Both the position numbers and the translations under genes were made by a program. Shown here piece after piece: positions 31,546-40,650 of a stretch of DNA of 64,000 bases. Source of the stretch: an uncultured Christensenella sp. (GTDB lineage: Bacteria > Bacillota > Clostridia > Christensenellales > Borkfalkiaceae); assembly GCA_949878495.1 (NCBI GenBank), contig CATLAR010000001.1:778-64777 (forward strand), given 5' to 3'. The number at the start of each line of letters is the position of its first letter. Position 1 is the stretch's first letter. A model generated the notes under the pieces. The model saw only the letters and a list, made by a program, of their open reading frames with translations. It did not search any database and was not told where the DNA came from.

Positions 31546-34122
31546 ATGAACAAATTCAAAAAAATTGCCACCGCGGTTGTATCTACCGTTATGGCGGGAA
31601 CTATGTTTGCCTCGCTGGCAGCCTGTACTCCCAAAGACCCCGGTACCGACGGACCCGACGGAAATAATCCCGGCGGGGAAAAACTTACCGCGCTTTTAAA
31701 CCATATCGGCACTACCGCGGGTGGAAATTTAAGAGAAAAAACCAACGCTAAAGGCTGGACGACCGCGAAAGAGTATTGGAAATATCTCAGCGCAAATAAG
31801 GACGAAACTACCAAGGACTTATATAACGTCCGCAACGCCGACGGCTCTATCAACTATTCGTCTTATACCAGAAGCACGGAAGTCACTTTGAACCTTGCGA
31901 TAGGTCACAACAACCTTCAGACGAGCACCCATTTCAGCACGTCGCTCGGCACGACGATAAAACTTCCCGATAACAATTCTTACGGTAACGGTTCGGCAAA
32001 GCCCGCGTGGAAGGCGATGGGGCAAGACCTCAACATTAAATGGAACGACGTTTATGCCGGCAATCAGACGAACTCGAACCTTAAGTATCTTGTAGAAACT
32101 ATCGATAATAACGGTAAGCAACTTTATTTGAGTACAGATATGTTTACTACCGACCTTGCTTATGCCGTTGAATACAGTTCCAAGGGCACCAATATTCTAA
32201 ATCTTGCGGATTATCTGGAGTATATGCCCCATTACAAGGAATATCTCGAGAGCAACCCCATAGTTTACCTTTCGCTTTTGCAGGCGGGAATGGGAACCGC
32301 GGGTGATAATGCAGGCGAGGGAAAGACTATTTTCGTTGCGCCGTATTTCGACGGTAACGACGACATCGAAAGATACTGCATTATCCGTCAGGATTGGGCG
32401 AACAAAGTGCTCAACGGCGGTACGGATCTTACGGGGTCCGCAAAGTATTCGGAAGCGTGCGGCGACGTTGCCGTAGAGTCCTATATGGGTAAGACGGGCA
32501 AATACGAAATCGAAAGCGCAAACGATGACGGTTCGGCAAAAATTACCATAACCAAGGACTACGACAAGGCGCTTGCGGCGGCAAAGGACGAGAACAAAAA
32601 CCTTGGCAAAGCGTACAAGACCATCGCGGGCGCGGCTTATGCCGGCGACAGCGGAAATATCGTAGATATTATGAACGCCGCGCTTGCCGCAAACAAAGAC
32701 GCGACCGGCGACCAGCTTGCAAAACTGTACCGCGCGTATATCGACGTATGCTATCTCGAGGACGGAGCGCAATACTATACGGCTGATAACCGCGCGGACG
32801 TTTTCAACGGCGTAGACGCCTGCTGGGACGTTGACGACCTCGTCGCAATTCTGCGTATAATCAAGTCGAGCGGAACTTCGCTCGTCGTAAGCGGCAGAGA
32901 GGTAAAGGGTATAGTTCCCCGTACGGGTCAGAACGACAGAACGCCCGATATGGTGCGCCTTGCGGCTCAGCTTTACGGCGTACGCGGTGCCGATTCGAGA
33001 TACGAATACACCTATATAGATCAGGCGGGCGAATTACAAGATGCGCGCAACGACAGAGAATTCTACGTCGCGCTTGAAAATATGAACAAGCTCGTTCAGG
33101 AAGGCTTGGTGGAAACCTATCCCGCTTCCGACGGTTTCAGCTACAACGGCGGAAGTTTATCCACTAAAGATAAGGGCGAAGCGTTTATGATGTACGATTA
33201 TGCGCAGACGCAGACCAAGAACAACTACTACGCGAACGAAGGTGTTTCAAGCTCCACGCAATTTGCAGAAGGCTTCAACTTTGCGCCCGTAGTAACGCCC
33301 GTATCCAAGTGGGACGTAGACGGCGACGGCAACCATACCGATATAATGAGATTTACGGAGAGCTGGCGTTCGACCAAGACGAGCGGACTTGCGCTCAACG
33401 GCGCGCTTAAAGATAATCCCGAAAAGCTTAAAGCTGCGTTGCAGTTCGTTGATTATCTGTATTCCGCCGACGGTCAGATAGTTTCCACTTACGGACCTAT
33501 GGCAACAAACGCCGACGGAAACGGAGGCTTCTGGTACAACGCAGAGGCTACCGCGGACGAAATTTCCGAAGGCAAATACTTCACTTTCAAGGGCAAGAAA
33601 TATTCGGGAACCGAATTCGGTAAGAAAATTACCCCCACCGTAACCGAAAATCTCTACAAATCCTTCCTCGGTCAGGAAGTTTACGGTCTTGATATATCTA
33701 AAGTAGATGATATTGCGGGCGGTAAGCTTTCGTTCACGGACTACGCGCGCAGAATTATAGGCTCTACCCTGCCCGTAGGCGTTAAAGACCAGTCGTTTGA
33801 AAACCAGCTCACTTCCAAGGCGGCAAGCGCGGGCGCGAATAAGGTTGCTAAGAACCTTGCGCTCGGAACCGTAAAGGGATTGGAAATCGTCATTGACGAA
33901 AAGGCGGAAGGCTTCAACTGGTGGTACGTTTGCGTTCCTACCGGAATGCCCATATCCAGCACCGAGTCGCGCGACATTCTCAACGCGTCGAGTCAGGACA
34001 ATCTCAAGTATATGACGGGTACGCAGAAAGCCAACAAGAACTTCTTCTCGATTTTCAACTATATTATTCTCAACGGCTTTAACGGAACTTACAACTATCA
34101 GGACGTTTCGTATACTTTCTAA
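31546..34122 (+). CDS. Very large extracellular solute-binding lipoprotein (858 aa)
   Basis: Lipoprotein signal with lipobox (MFASLAAC). Its position after two permeases matches LplA-type binding proteins, but the length is far above typical. Confidence 0.75.
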   Translation: MNKFKKIATAVVSTVMAGTMFASLAACTPKDPGTDGPDGNNPGGEKLTALLNHIGTTAGGNLREKTNAKGWTTAKEYWKYLSANKDETTKDLYNVRNADGSINYSSYTRSTEVTLNLAIGHNNLQTSTHFSTSLGTTIKLPDNNSYGNGSAKPAWKAMGQDLNIKWNDVYAGNQTNSNLKYLVETIDNNGKQLYLSTDMFTTDLAYAVEYSSKGTNILNLADYLEYMPHYKEYLESNPIVYLSLLQAGMGTAGDNAGEGKTIFVAPYFDGNDDIERYCIIRQDWANKVLNGGTDLTGSAKYSEACGDVAVESYMGKTGKYEIESANDDGSAKITITKDYDKALAAAKDENKNLGKAYKTIAGAAYAGDSGNIVDIMNAALAANKDATGDQLAKLYRAYIDVCYLEDGAQYYTADNRADVFNGVDACWDVDDLVAILRIIKSSGTSLVVSGREVKGIVPRTGQNDRTPDMVRLAAQLYGVRGADSRYEYTYIDQAGELQDARNDREFYVALENMNKLVQEGLVETYPASDGFSYNGGSLSTKDKGEAFMMYDYAQTQTKNNYYANEGVSSSTQFAEGFNFAPVVTPVSKWDVDGDGNHTDIMRFTESWRSTKTSGLALNGALKDNPEKLKAALQFVDYLYSADGQIVSTYGPMATNADGNGGFWYNAEATADEISEGKYFTFKGKKYSGTEFGKKITPTVTENLYKSFLGQEVYGLDISKVDDIAGGKLSFTDYARRIIGSTLPVGVKDQSFENQLTSKAASAGANKVAKNLALGTVKGLEIVIDEKAEGFNWWYVCVPTGMPISSTESRDILNASSQDNLKYMTGTQKANKNFFSIFNYIILNGFNGTYNYQDVSYTF

Positions 34123-34159
34123 GGTTTTAACCGCAAACAAAAACTGCTATTAAGTCTGA

Positions 34160-34187
34160 GCGCAGCCCGCGGGGGCGCGGGCTGCGC
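34160..34187 (+). other. 12-bp GC hairpin after the binding-protein gene (no T-run)
   Basis: GCGCAGCCCGCG-gggg-CGCGGGCTGCGC. Could be a partial terminator or an mRNA-stabilising element. Confidence 0.6.
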
Positions 34188-34212
34188 AATATGGCTTATT
34201 GGGGGATATTGA

Positions 34213-34854
34213 ATGAAAACTCAAATGAGATTCCAAAAAATCATTTGTCTTGTAATGATTTTGGCGGGCGCGCTCGCGCTCGTTTATGCGTTTGCTTACG
34301 CTACGGGAAGTTTAGCGGAACTCAGCAAGACGTTAAATTCGGACAGGACTTCGTCCTGGCAAGCCGCGGAAGGGAAATACGACGCGACTTTCTATTTTAC
34401 GATTCAGGGCTTTAACGACGCGCTTATGTATTGCGGCGTGGCAATGATTTTGCTTGCCGTTGTATTGTATATAACGCACACCCAAAAAAGAAGAAATTAT
34501 TATATTTCCAATTACGTCGCCACGGGCGCGTGCGCTTTGGGTAATATAGTTACTTCTATCGTACTTATGGCTATGAACGCTTTCTGGAAAAGCGAATTTT
34601 TAAACCTCGATTTTGCAGCGTGGGACAAATCGATGGAATACTACAAAGAACTCGTCGAAGAGGGGCTGATGTCGCCCGACGTTATTCACTACTCCGAATC
34701 GACGCTTTGGTTCGATCTCGGTTTCGCAGTATATTCCGTCGTTATCGTCGCTTCGCTATTACTTATATTCAACCTCGTCTGGAAGATAATGCTTATGAAG
34801 GGCGAGAAGAAGCTGTTGAACGGCGTAAACCTTGTCGGAGGTGAAGCGGTATGA
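34213..34854 (+). CDS. Hypothetical membrane protein (213 aa)
   Basis: Four hydrophobic helices. RBS GGGGGA. Its stop overlaps the next start (ATGA). Confidence 0.65.
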   Translation: MKTQMRFQKIICLVMILAGALALVYAFAYATGSLAELSKTLNSDRTSSWQAAEGKYDATFYFTIQGFNDALMYCGVAMILLAVVLYITHTQKRRNYYISNYVATGACALGNIVTSIVLMAMNAFWKSEFLNLDFAAWDKSMEYYKELVEEGLMSPDVIHYSESTLWFDLGFAVYSVVIVASLLLIFNLVWKIMLMKGEKKLLNGVNLVGGEAV

Positions 34855-35378
34855 AAAAGAACGCAGGCAACCCCGTATTACAAAAAGACGTAATGCGCTA
34901 CAAAAAGAATAAATTCGGCGCAAACCTTGCCCTTATCGGGCTTGCGCTTGGCTGTATTTATTTCCTTTCGCTGTATTCGCAGGTCAAAAACGACAATTTC
35001 TATTACACCTGGGCGATAGCTTTCGACGTTATTTACAATCTGTTCTTCCTTTTGTTCGTATTCCTTTTTTCCGAACAAATAAAAAATTACGACGATAAGC
35101 TGTTCGTATTCCAGATAATCGTCGGCGCGTTGCAGGTAGCAAGAATATTCTGGCTTCCGCTCACGGGCATTGTCAATCAGGCTATAAGTATGGGCGCGTT
35201 CCTCACTATGGCTATATCGCTCGGCGCGTCGGGCGCGTGCATCGTCGCGGCGTCAATTATCGGGCGTATCCGCGCGAGGGAAGTCGCCGAATTTACCAAA
35301 AAGCTCGAAAACGGCGAAATCGATCTCGATAAAGAGCTTAAAGAAGAAAAAGCCGTCGGGGGTGAAGTAAATGCCTGA
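34851..35378 (+). CDS. Hypothetical membrane protein (175 aa)
   Basis: Four hydrophobic helices. Overlaps the downstream ATPase start by 8 nt. Confidence 0.65.
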   Translation: MKKNAGNPVLQKDVMRYKKNKFGANLALIGLALGCIYFLSLYSQVKNDNFYYTWAIAFDVIYNLFFLLFVFLFSEQIKNYDDKLFVFQIIVGALQVARIFWLPLTGIVNQAISMGAFLTMAISLGASGACIVAASIIGRIRAREVAEFTKKLENGEIDLDKELKEEKAVGGEVNA

Positions 35379-36450
35379 GGTTAAATTACAGAGTATCGAC
35401 AAAATATACGACGGCGGCGTTCAGGCGGTTTACGATTTTAACCTCGACGTTGCCGACGGCGAATTTATAGTATTGGTAGGTCCTTCGGGCTGCGGCAAGT
35501 CCACTACTTTGAGAATGGTCGCGGGGCTTGAAGAGATTACGAACGGCAAACTTATTATCGACGGCAAGGACTGTACGCGTCTGCCTCCCAAAGACAGGGA
35601 TATAGCGATGGTTTTCCAGAACTACGCGCTTTACGGTCATATGACTATATACGAAAATATGGCGTTTTCGCTCACGCTCCGCAAGGAAAACAAGGAAGTT
35701 ATCCACAGAAAGGTTATGGCGGCGGCGGAGATACTCGATTTAAAGACGCAGCTCAACAAAAAGCCCAAGCAGCTTTCGGGCGGTCAGCGCCAACGCGTTG
35801 CAATGGGCAGAGCGATAGTGCGTAACCCCAAAGTATTCCTTTTCGACGAGCCGCTGTCCAACCTCGACGCAAAACTGCGCGGGTCTATGCGCCGCGAGAT
35901 AATGCTTTTGCATAAAAAACTTAACGCGACTATGATGTACGTAACCCATGACCAGACCGAAGCGCTTACTCTGGCGGACAGAATAGTCTGTATGTCTATG
36001 GGGCGCGTTCAGCAGATAGGCAAGCCCATTGACCTTTACGAAAGACCCGCCAACACATTCGTAGCGACTTTCATAGGTCTGCCGCCGATGAATATGTTCG
36101 ACGGCGTGGTAGAGGGCGGCAAGTTCAAAAGCGAACTTTTCGAATATCCTTTAAACGAAAAACAAAAGCAAACGCTCAAAGATTACGAGGGCAAGGAAAT
36201 CGTTTTAGGCGTCCGTCCCGAGAATATAAAGCGCGGCGGACCCGTTAAGCTGCTCGTTACCAACAATGAAAACTTAGGAATGAACACTCTCGTCCACGGC
36301 AAGATAGGCGGCGTGAAGATAGTCGTCTGCAAGTTTGCCGAGTGGTGCATTTACGAAGAAGGTCAGACGATAGATATAGGGTTCGACCCCGAGCTTACGC
36401 ACTTCTTTGAAAAGCCCGAGGGCGATAACCCCGGCGTTGCGATAAGATAA
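35371..36450 (+). CDS. Sugar ABC transporter ATP-binding protein (MsmK/MalK type), second copy
   Basis: Walker A GPSGCGKST, signature LSGGQRQR, Walker B VFLFDEPLSNLD. Confidence 0.85.
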   Translation: MPEVKLQSIDKIYDGGVQAVYDFNLDVADGEFIVLVGPSGCGKSTTLRMVAGLEEITNGKLIIDGKDCTRLPPKDRDIAMVFQNYALYGHMTIYENMAFSLTLRKENKEVIHRKVMAAAEILDLKTQLNKKPKQLSGGQRQRVAMGRAIVRNPKVFLFDEPLSNLDAKLRGSMRREIMLLHKKLNATMMYVTHDQTEALTLADRIVCMSMGRVQQIGKPIDLYERPANTFVATFIGLPPMNMFDGVVEGGKFKSELFEYPLNEKQKQTLKDYEGKEIVLGVRPENIKRGGPVKLLVTNNENLGMNTLVHGKIGGVKIVVCKFAEWCIYEEGQTIDIGFDPELTHFFEKPEGDNPGVAIR

Positions 36451-36462
36451 GGAGGGAGAAAT

Positions 36463-37110
36463 ATGTCGGAAAACGAAAACGTTATACGCGACGGCGCTCC
36501 CGTTGCCGAAAAACCCAAAAACAATCCGCGCGGTTTTAAAGAATGGCTGCGTAAAAAAGTCGTAGCGTTAAAACGCGCGCCGCATTTAATCGCGCTCGTC
36601 GTAATGCTCGCGGCAACGGTATTCTTTATGTTCGTGCTGTTCCCGCTGTCAAACGCTATTAACACCTGCAACAAGTCGGTTACGGCTTCGGGAATTTGTC
36701 AGTTCATAGTCACGCTTTTGTCGCTTTTAATGCTGGTAAGTTACTTAAACGCTTTCCCCAAGCGCAAAAAGCCCAATATTTTCTTTATCGTGCTCGTATT
36801 CGCAATGATAGGTGCGATGATAGCCTGCGACGCAGTGATAATGAAAGAAACGAGCGGGTATCTCGCAGACCAATACGCGCGGCTGGCGGAAGCTTCGGAA
36901 GAAACGAAAAAGAATATAATGGATTCGATTATGGCGATAGAGCCCGTCCGTCCGTTTATGATTACGCACATTTCGTTGCTTGCGGCTTCGGCGGGAGTGT
37001 TCGCGCTGTTGCCCGTATATAAACGGCTAATCAATAAGATTAACACCAAAGTCGAGCTGGAAACGGCTACGGAGAATATGCAGGGCGGCATCGATATTCA
37101 GGAAGATTAA
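36463..37110 (+). CDS. Hypothetical membrane protein (215 aa)
   Basis: AAGGAGGGAG RBS. Charged N-terminus followed by four hydrophobic helices. Confidence 0.65.
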   Translation: MSENENVIRDGAPVAEKPKNNPRGFKEWLRKKVVALKRAPHLIALVVMLAATVFFMFVLFPLSNAINTCNKSVTASGICQFIVTLLSLLMLVSYLNAFPKRKKPNIFFIVLVFAMIGAMIACDAVIMKETSGYLADQYARLAEASEETKKNIMDSIMAIEPVRPFMITHISLLAASAGVFALLPVYKRLINKINTKVELETATENMQGGIDIQED

Positions 37111-37117
37111 TTTACTA

Positions 37118-37150
37118 AATAACCGACAAAACGACTTGTCGGTTATTTTT
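37118..37150 (+). terminator. Intrinsic terminator-like hairpin within the locus
   Basis: AATAACCGACAA-aacgac-TTGTCGGTTATT followed by TTT. Confidence 0.7.
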
Positions 37151-37161
37151 ATAGGAGTACT

Positions 37162-37863
37162 ATGTCAAAAAAGAAAAAACCCGTCCGCGAGACGACCATA
37201 GAAAATTACTACGATTTAAAGGTCGATAAAGTGGACGAGCTGGTCGCCGCGTTGAAGGGCGAAGCGCCGCGGGACGATAACGACCTTACCATGTTCATAT
37301 CCGACTGCACGGGCGAGGACGCACCCGAAAATTACACGCGCACGGGCAAGAAGAAAGAGTTCGACCCGTACAAAACCGACTTTCTGGGCAGAGTGCCCGT
37401 CTGGCTCAAAGCAATTTTTATCAAATGGTGGTTTGCCGGCGCGGTGTGCTACTTCATACTGTTCGGTTTGCAGAACGTCATAAAAGACCCGCTGGATATG
37501 ATAGCGTTTACGGGAATAACGCTCGGGCTCGTCGTAGAGGTGCTCGTCAACCCGCTTTTCAGGTATCTCGAGCGCGGCGATAAAGAGTACGCACCGTATA
37601 TGATGTTCCCATTCCCGTTCAAAGCGTATTGGACTTTTTTCACGAATATTATCTATTACGTGCTCGTTGCGGCGTGCGTGAACGGCTTATATCTCGCTAT
37701 GAACCTCGCAATCAACGCGCTTAACGGCACACAGGCGATAGCGGGCGTTGAACCCCTTCTGTTCGGGGTGTTCTTCGTGGTCGCGGATATGCTGTTTATC
37801 GGGATTAAAGACCTTGCGGTCTATCTGGTCGGGCGAAATGCAAAGGAGAGGGCAAATGTTTAA
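37162..37863 (+). CDS. Hypothetical membrane protein (233 aa)
   Basis: AGGAG RBS. Charged ~70-aa N-terminus, then four or five hydrophobic helices. Overlaps the GH28 start. Confidence 0.65.
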   Translation: MSKKKKPVRETTIENYYDLKVDKVDELVAALKGEAPRDDNDLTMFISDCTGEDAPENYTRTGKKKEFDPYKTDFLGRVPVWLKAIFIKWWFAGAVCYFILFGLQNVIKDPLDMIAFTGITLGLVVEVLVNPLFRYLERGDKEYAPYMMFPFPFKAYWTFFTNIIYYVLVAACVNGLYLAMNLAINALNGTQAIAGVEPLLFGVFFVVADMLFIGIKDLAVYLVGRNAKERANV

Positions 37864-39397
37864 AAAATTATTCGTATCAAGCGTTTCGGCGTGTTTCGAA
37901 CTCGTCAATAAAAACCCCTATTACAGTCCCCGCCCGTACGAAGTTTTCGTAAACGGCGAAAAGATCGGCGGGGTCAGGAACGAGAACGTTTTCTCCGTTT
38001 TCGGGCTTGAACCGCAGACGGAGTATACCGTAGCCACTACGCTGGGCAAAAAAAGCGTTACTTTTACAACTCCCGCGGTTACGCAGACGGTGAACGTGAA
38101 AGAGCTGGGCGCGGCGGCGGACGGCGTTTCGGACGACACGTATTTCGTTCAGAAAGCTATAGACTCCTGCCCTCGCGGCGGCATAGTCGTTTTCGACGCG
38201 GGCGTATATAAAATCCGACCCGTGACTTTAAAGAGCGGCGTGACCCTGGAACTTAAAAAGGGCGCTGAGCTTCTTGGCGACGAATGCGAGACAAACTATC
38301 CGTATATTCCCGCGCGTACCGAGCGCGGCGGCAGGGAGGAAGTGCTCGCAAGCTGGGAGGGCGACCCCTTCGACTGCCATCAGTCGCTTATTTCGGCTTA
38401 CCGGCAAAGCGATATAAGCATAGTCGGCGAAGGCGTGATTAACGGCAACGCCGATAAATCGACCTGGTGGGATACGCCCAAGGGCAGAAAGGTAGCTCGC
38501 CCGAGGCTTGTTTTCCTCAATAAATGCAAGAACGTGGTTTTTCACGGCGTGACCTGTAAAAACTCCGCTTCGTGGAACTTGCACCCGTTTTTCTCTAAGA
38601 ATCTGAAATTTTACGATTTGTTTATCCAAAATCCCTACACCGCGCCCAATACCGACGGGCTCGACCCCGAAAGTTGCGACCGCGTGGAGATAATCGGCTG
38701 TCGTTTCAGCGTCGGCGACGACTGTTGCGCGATTAAATCGGGCAAGCTGTATATGGGTATGACGTACAAAACGCCCGCAACGCGGCACGTGCTTAGGAAC
38801 GATCTGTGCGAAAACGGTCACGGCGCTATAGTGCTCGGCAGTGAAATGAGCGGCGGTATCAAGGATTTAAGCGTAACGCAATGCGTGTTTAGGCGTACCG
38901 ACAGGGGGCTTAGAATCAAAACGCGCCGCGGACGTGGTAAATACGCGGTTATCGACGGGGTAACGTTCGAGAACATTAAAATGGAGAACGTCATCACGCC
39001 GCTCGTAATCAATATGTATTATTTCTGCGACCCCGACGGGCACACCGAATACGTGTGGTCGCGCGACCCGTCGCATATCGCCGACGAAACCACGCCCTAT
39101 CTCGGAAAATTCGCTTTCCGCGACATAGAATGCGTTGAATGCGAGTGTATGGCGGGGTATTTCGACGGGCTGGTGGAAAGTCCCATAAAGGAAATCGTGC
39201 TTGAAAACGTTTCGTTTTCCTTTAAAGTTGACGCAGAGCCGTTTACGCCGGCAATGCTCGAACACGTCCGCGAGTACTGCAAAGAGGGGCTTTACGTCGA
39301 CAACGTGCAATTGCTCGTGCTCAGAAACGTTACTTTCGACGGCGTGACGGGCGAAAAAATAATCAGGAAAAACTGCGAAAAAGTTATCGTGGAATAA
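37856..39397 (+). CDS. Glycoside hydrolase family 28 (polygalacturonase / exo-galacturonosidase)
   Basis: GH28 catalytic motifs (NTDGLDP, GDDCCAIKSG, GHGAIVLGSE, RIKT). ATG 37856 is preceded by AAGGAGAGG. Confidence 0.85.
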   Translation: MFKKLFVSSVSACFELVNKNPYYSPRPYEVFVNGEKIGGVRNENVFSVFGLEPQTEYTVATTLGKKSVTFTTPAVTQTVNVKELGAAADGVSDDTYFVQKAIDSCPRGGIVVFDAGVYKIRPVTLKSGVTLELKKGAELLGDECETNYPYIPARTERGGREEVLASWEGDPFDCHQSLISAYRQSDISIVGEGVINGNADKSTWWDTPKGRKVARPRLVFLNKCKNVVFHGVTCKNSASWNLHPFFSKNLKFYDLFIQNPYTAPNTDGLDPESCDRVEIIGCRFSVGDDCCAIKSGKLYMGMTYKTPATRHVLRNDLCENGHGAIVLGSEMSGGIKDLSVTQCVFRRTDRGLRIKTRRGRGKYAVIDGVTFENIKMENVITPLVINMYYFCDPDGHTEYVWSRDPSHIADETTPYLGKFAFRDIECVECECMAGYFDGLVESPIKEIVLENVSFSFKVDAEPFTPAMLEHVREYCKEGLYVDNVQLLVLRNVTFDGVTGEKIIRKNCEKVIVE

Positions 39398-39408
39398 GAG
39401 GTGCATTT

Positions 39409-40548
39409 ATGGATTATCAGATAATCGAAGAGTATATCGACAGGTTAATAGCCGATTCCGCGCCCGACGCTCCCGTATGGAATATAGAAAACATCCGTCA
39501 CGGAAAAGCGCCCGCCTGGAATTATATCGACGGCTGTATGATGACGTCGCTTTACACCATATACAAGCTGACGGGCAATAAAAAGTATCTTACTTTTATC
39601 GATAATTTCGTGGACTATTACGTTTTCGGTGACGGTACTATCCGCGGTTACGATCTCGATACTTACAACGTGGACAATATCAACGAAGGTCGCGTGCTCT
39701 TCGATTTATACGCAGAAACGGGCAAGGAAAAGTATAAAAAAGCCATCGATTTGCTGTATAAACAGCTCGAAACGCAGCCGCGCACCGTGCTTGGCAATTT
39801 CTGGCACAAAAAAATTTATCCCAATCAGGTGTGGCTGGACGGGTTGTATATGGCGCAGGTTTTTTATACCCGCTACGAAACGCTTTTCAACGGCGGCAAG
39901 CGCTACGACGATATAGTAAACCAATTCAAAACCGTGTTTGCGAATATGTACGATAAGCAGAAAAAGCTCTACTATCACGGCTGGGACGTTTCGAAAGAAA
40001 GTTTCTGGAGCGATCCCGTTACGGGACTTTCAAAGAGCTTCTGGCTGCGTTCGGTGGGCTGGTACACGGTGGGGTTAGTCGACGCGATAAGCTATTTCGA
40101 TACTTCCGCGCCCGACCTCAAAGCCGAACTTATAACTATTTTCAGACGCACGATAGAGGGGCTGGAAGGGTATATCGATCCCGAAAAGAAGATGTTCTGG
40201 CAGGTCGTCGACCAGGGCGGCAGAGAGGGCAACTATCTTGAAACTTCGGGCAGCGCGATGATTGCTTACGCGATGATGAAGGGCGCGCGCCACGGTTACG
40301 TGGACAGGCGGTTTGCGGCGGTCGGCGAAGAGGTGTTCAACGGTATCTGCCGCGAGTATCTCACGCAGACGGACGGACGGCTCAACCTCGGCGGAATTTG
40401 TCTGATGGCGGGGCTCGGTCCCGAAAACAACAGGCGGCGCGACGGGTCTTACGAATATTATATCTCCGAGCCCGTCGTCGAGAACGACGCAAAGGGCACG
40501 GGACCTTTCGTTATGGCGTATACCGAAATTTTACGGCTTAAAAAATAA
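39409..40548 (+). CDS. Unsaturated rhamnogalacturonyl/glucuronyl hydrolase (GH105/GH88-like, YteR type)
   Basis: WNYIDGCMM, NINEGRVLFDLY, WLDGLYMAQ and WLRSVGWY motifs. Confidence 0.8.
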   Translation: MDYQIIEEYIDRLIADSAPDAPVWNIENIRHGKAPAWNYIDGCMMTSLYTIYKLTGNKKYLTFIDNFVDYYVFGDGTIRGYDLDTYNVDNINEGRVLFDLYAETGKEKYKKAIDLLYKQLETQPRTVLGNFWHKKIYPNQVWLDGLYMAQVFYTRYETLFNGGKRYDDIVNQFKTVFANMYDKQKKLYYHGWDVSKESFWSDPVTGLSKSFWLRSVGWYTVGLVDAISYFDTSAPDLKAELITIFRRTIEGLEGYIDPEKKMFWQVVDQGGREGNYLETSGSAMIAYAMMKGARHGYVDRRFAAVGEEVFNGICREYLTQTDGRLNLGGICLMAGLGPENNRRRDGSYEYYISEPVVENDAKGTGPFVMAYTEILRLKK

Positions 40549-40650
40549 AAAGCAATCGCAAGTTTACGCTTTGTAAACGCATTTATATTGTGATTTTCCC
40601 GCTGTTATTCTATAATTGAGGTAATCTGAAAATTACGAGGTGTTATAACT

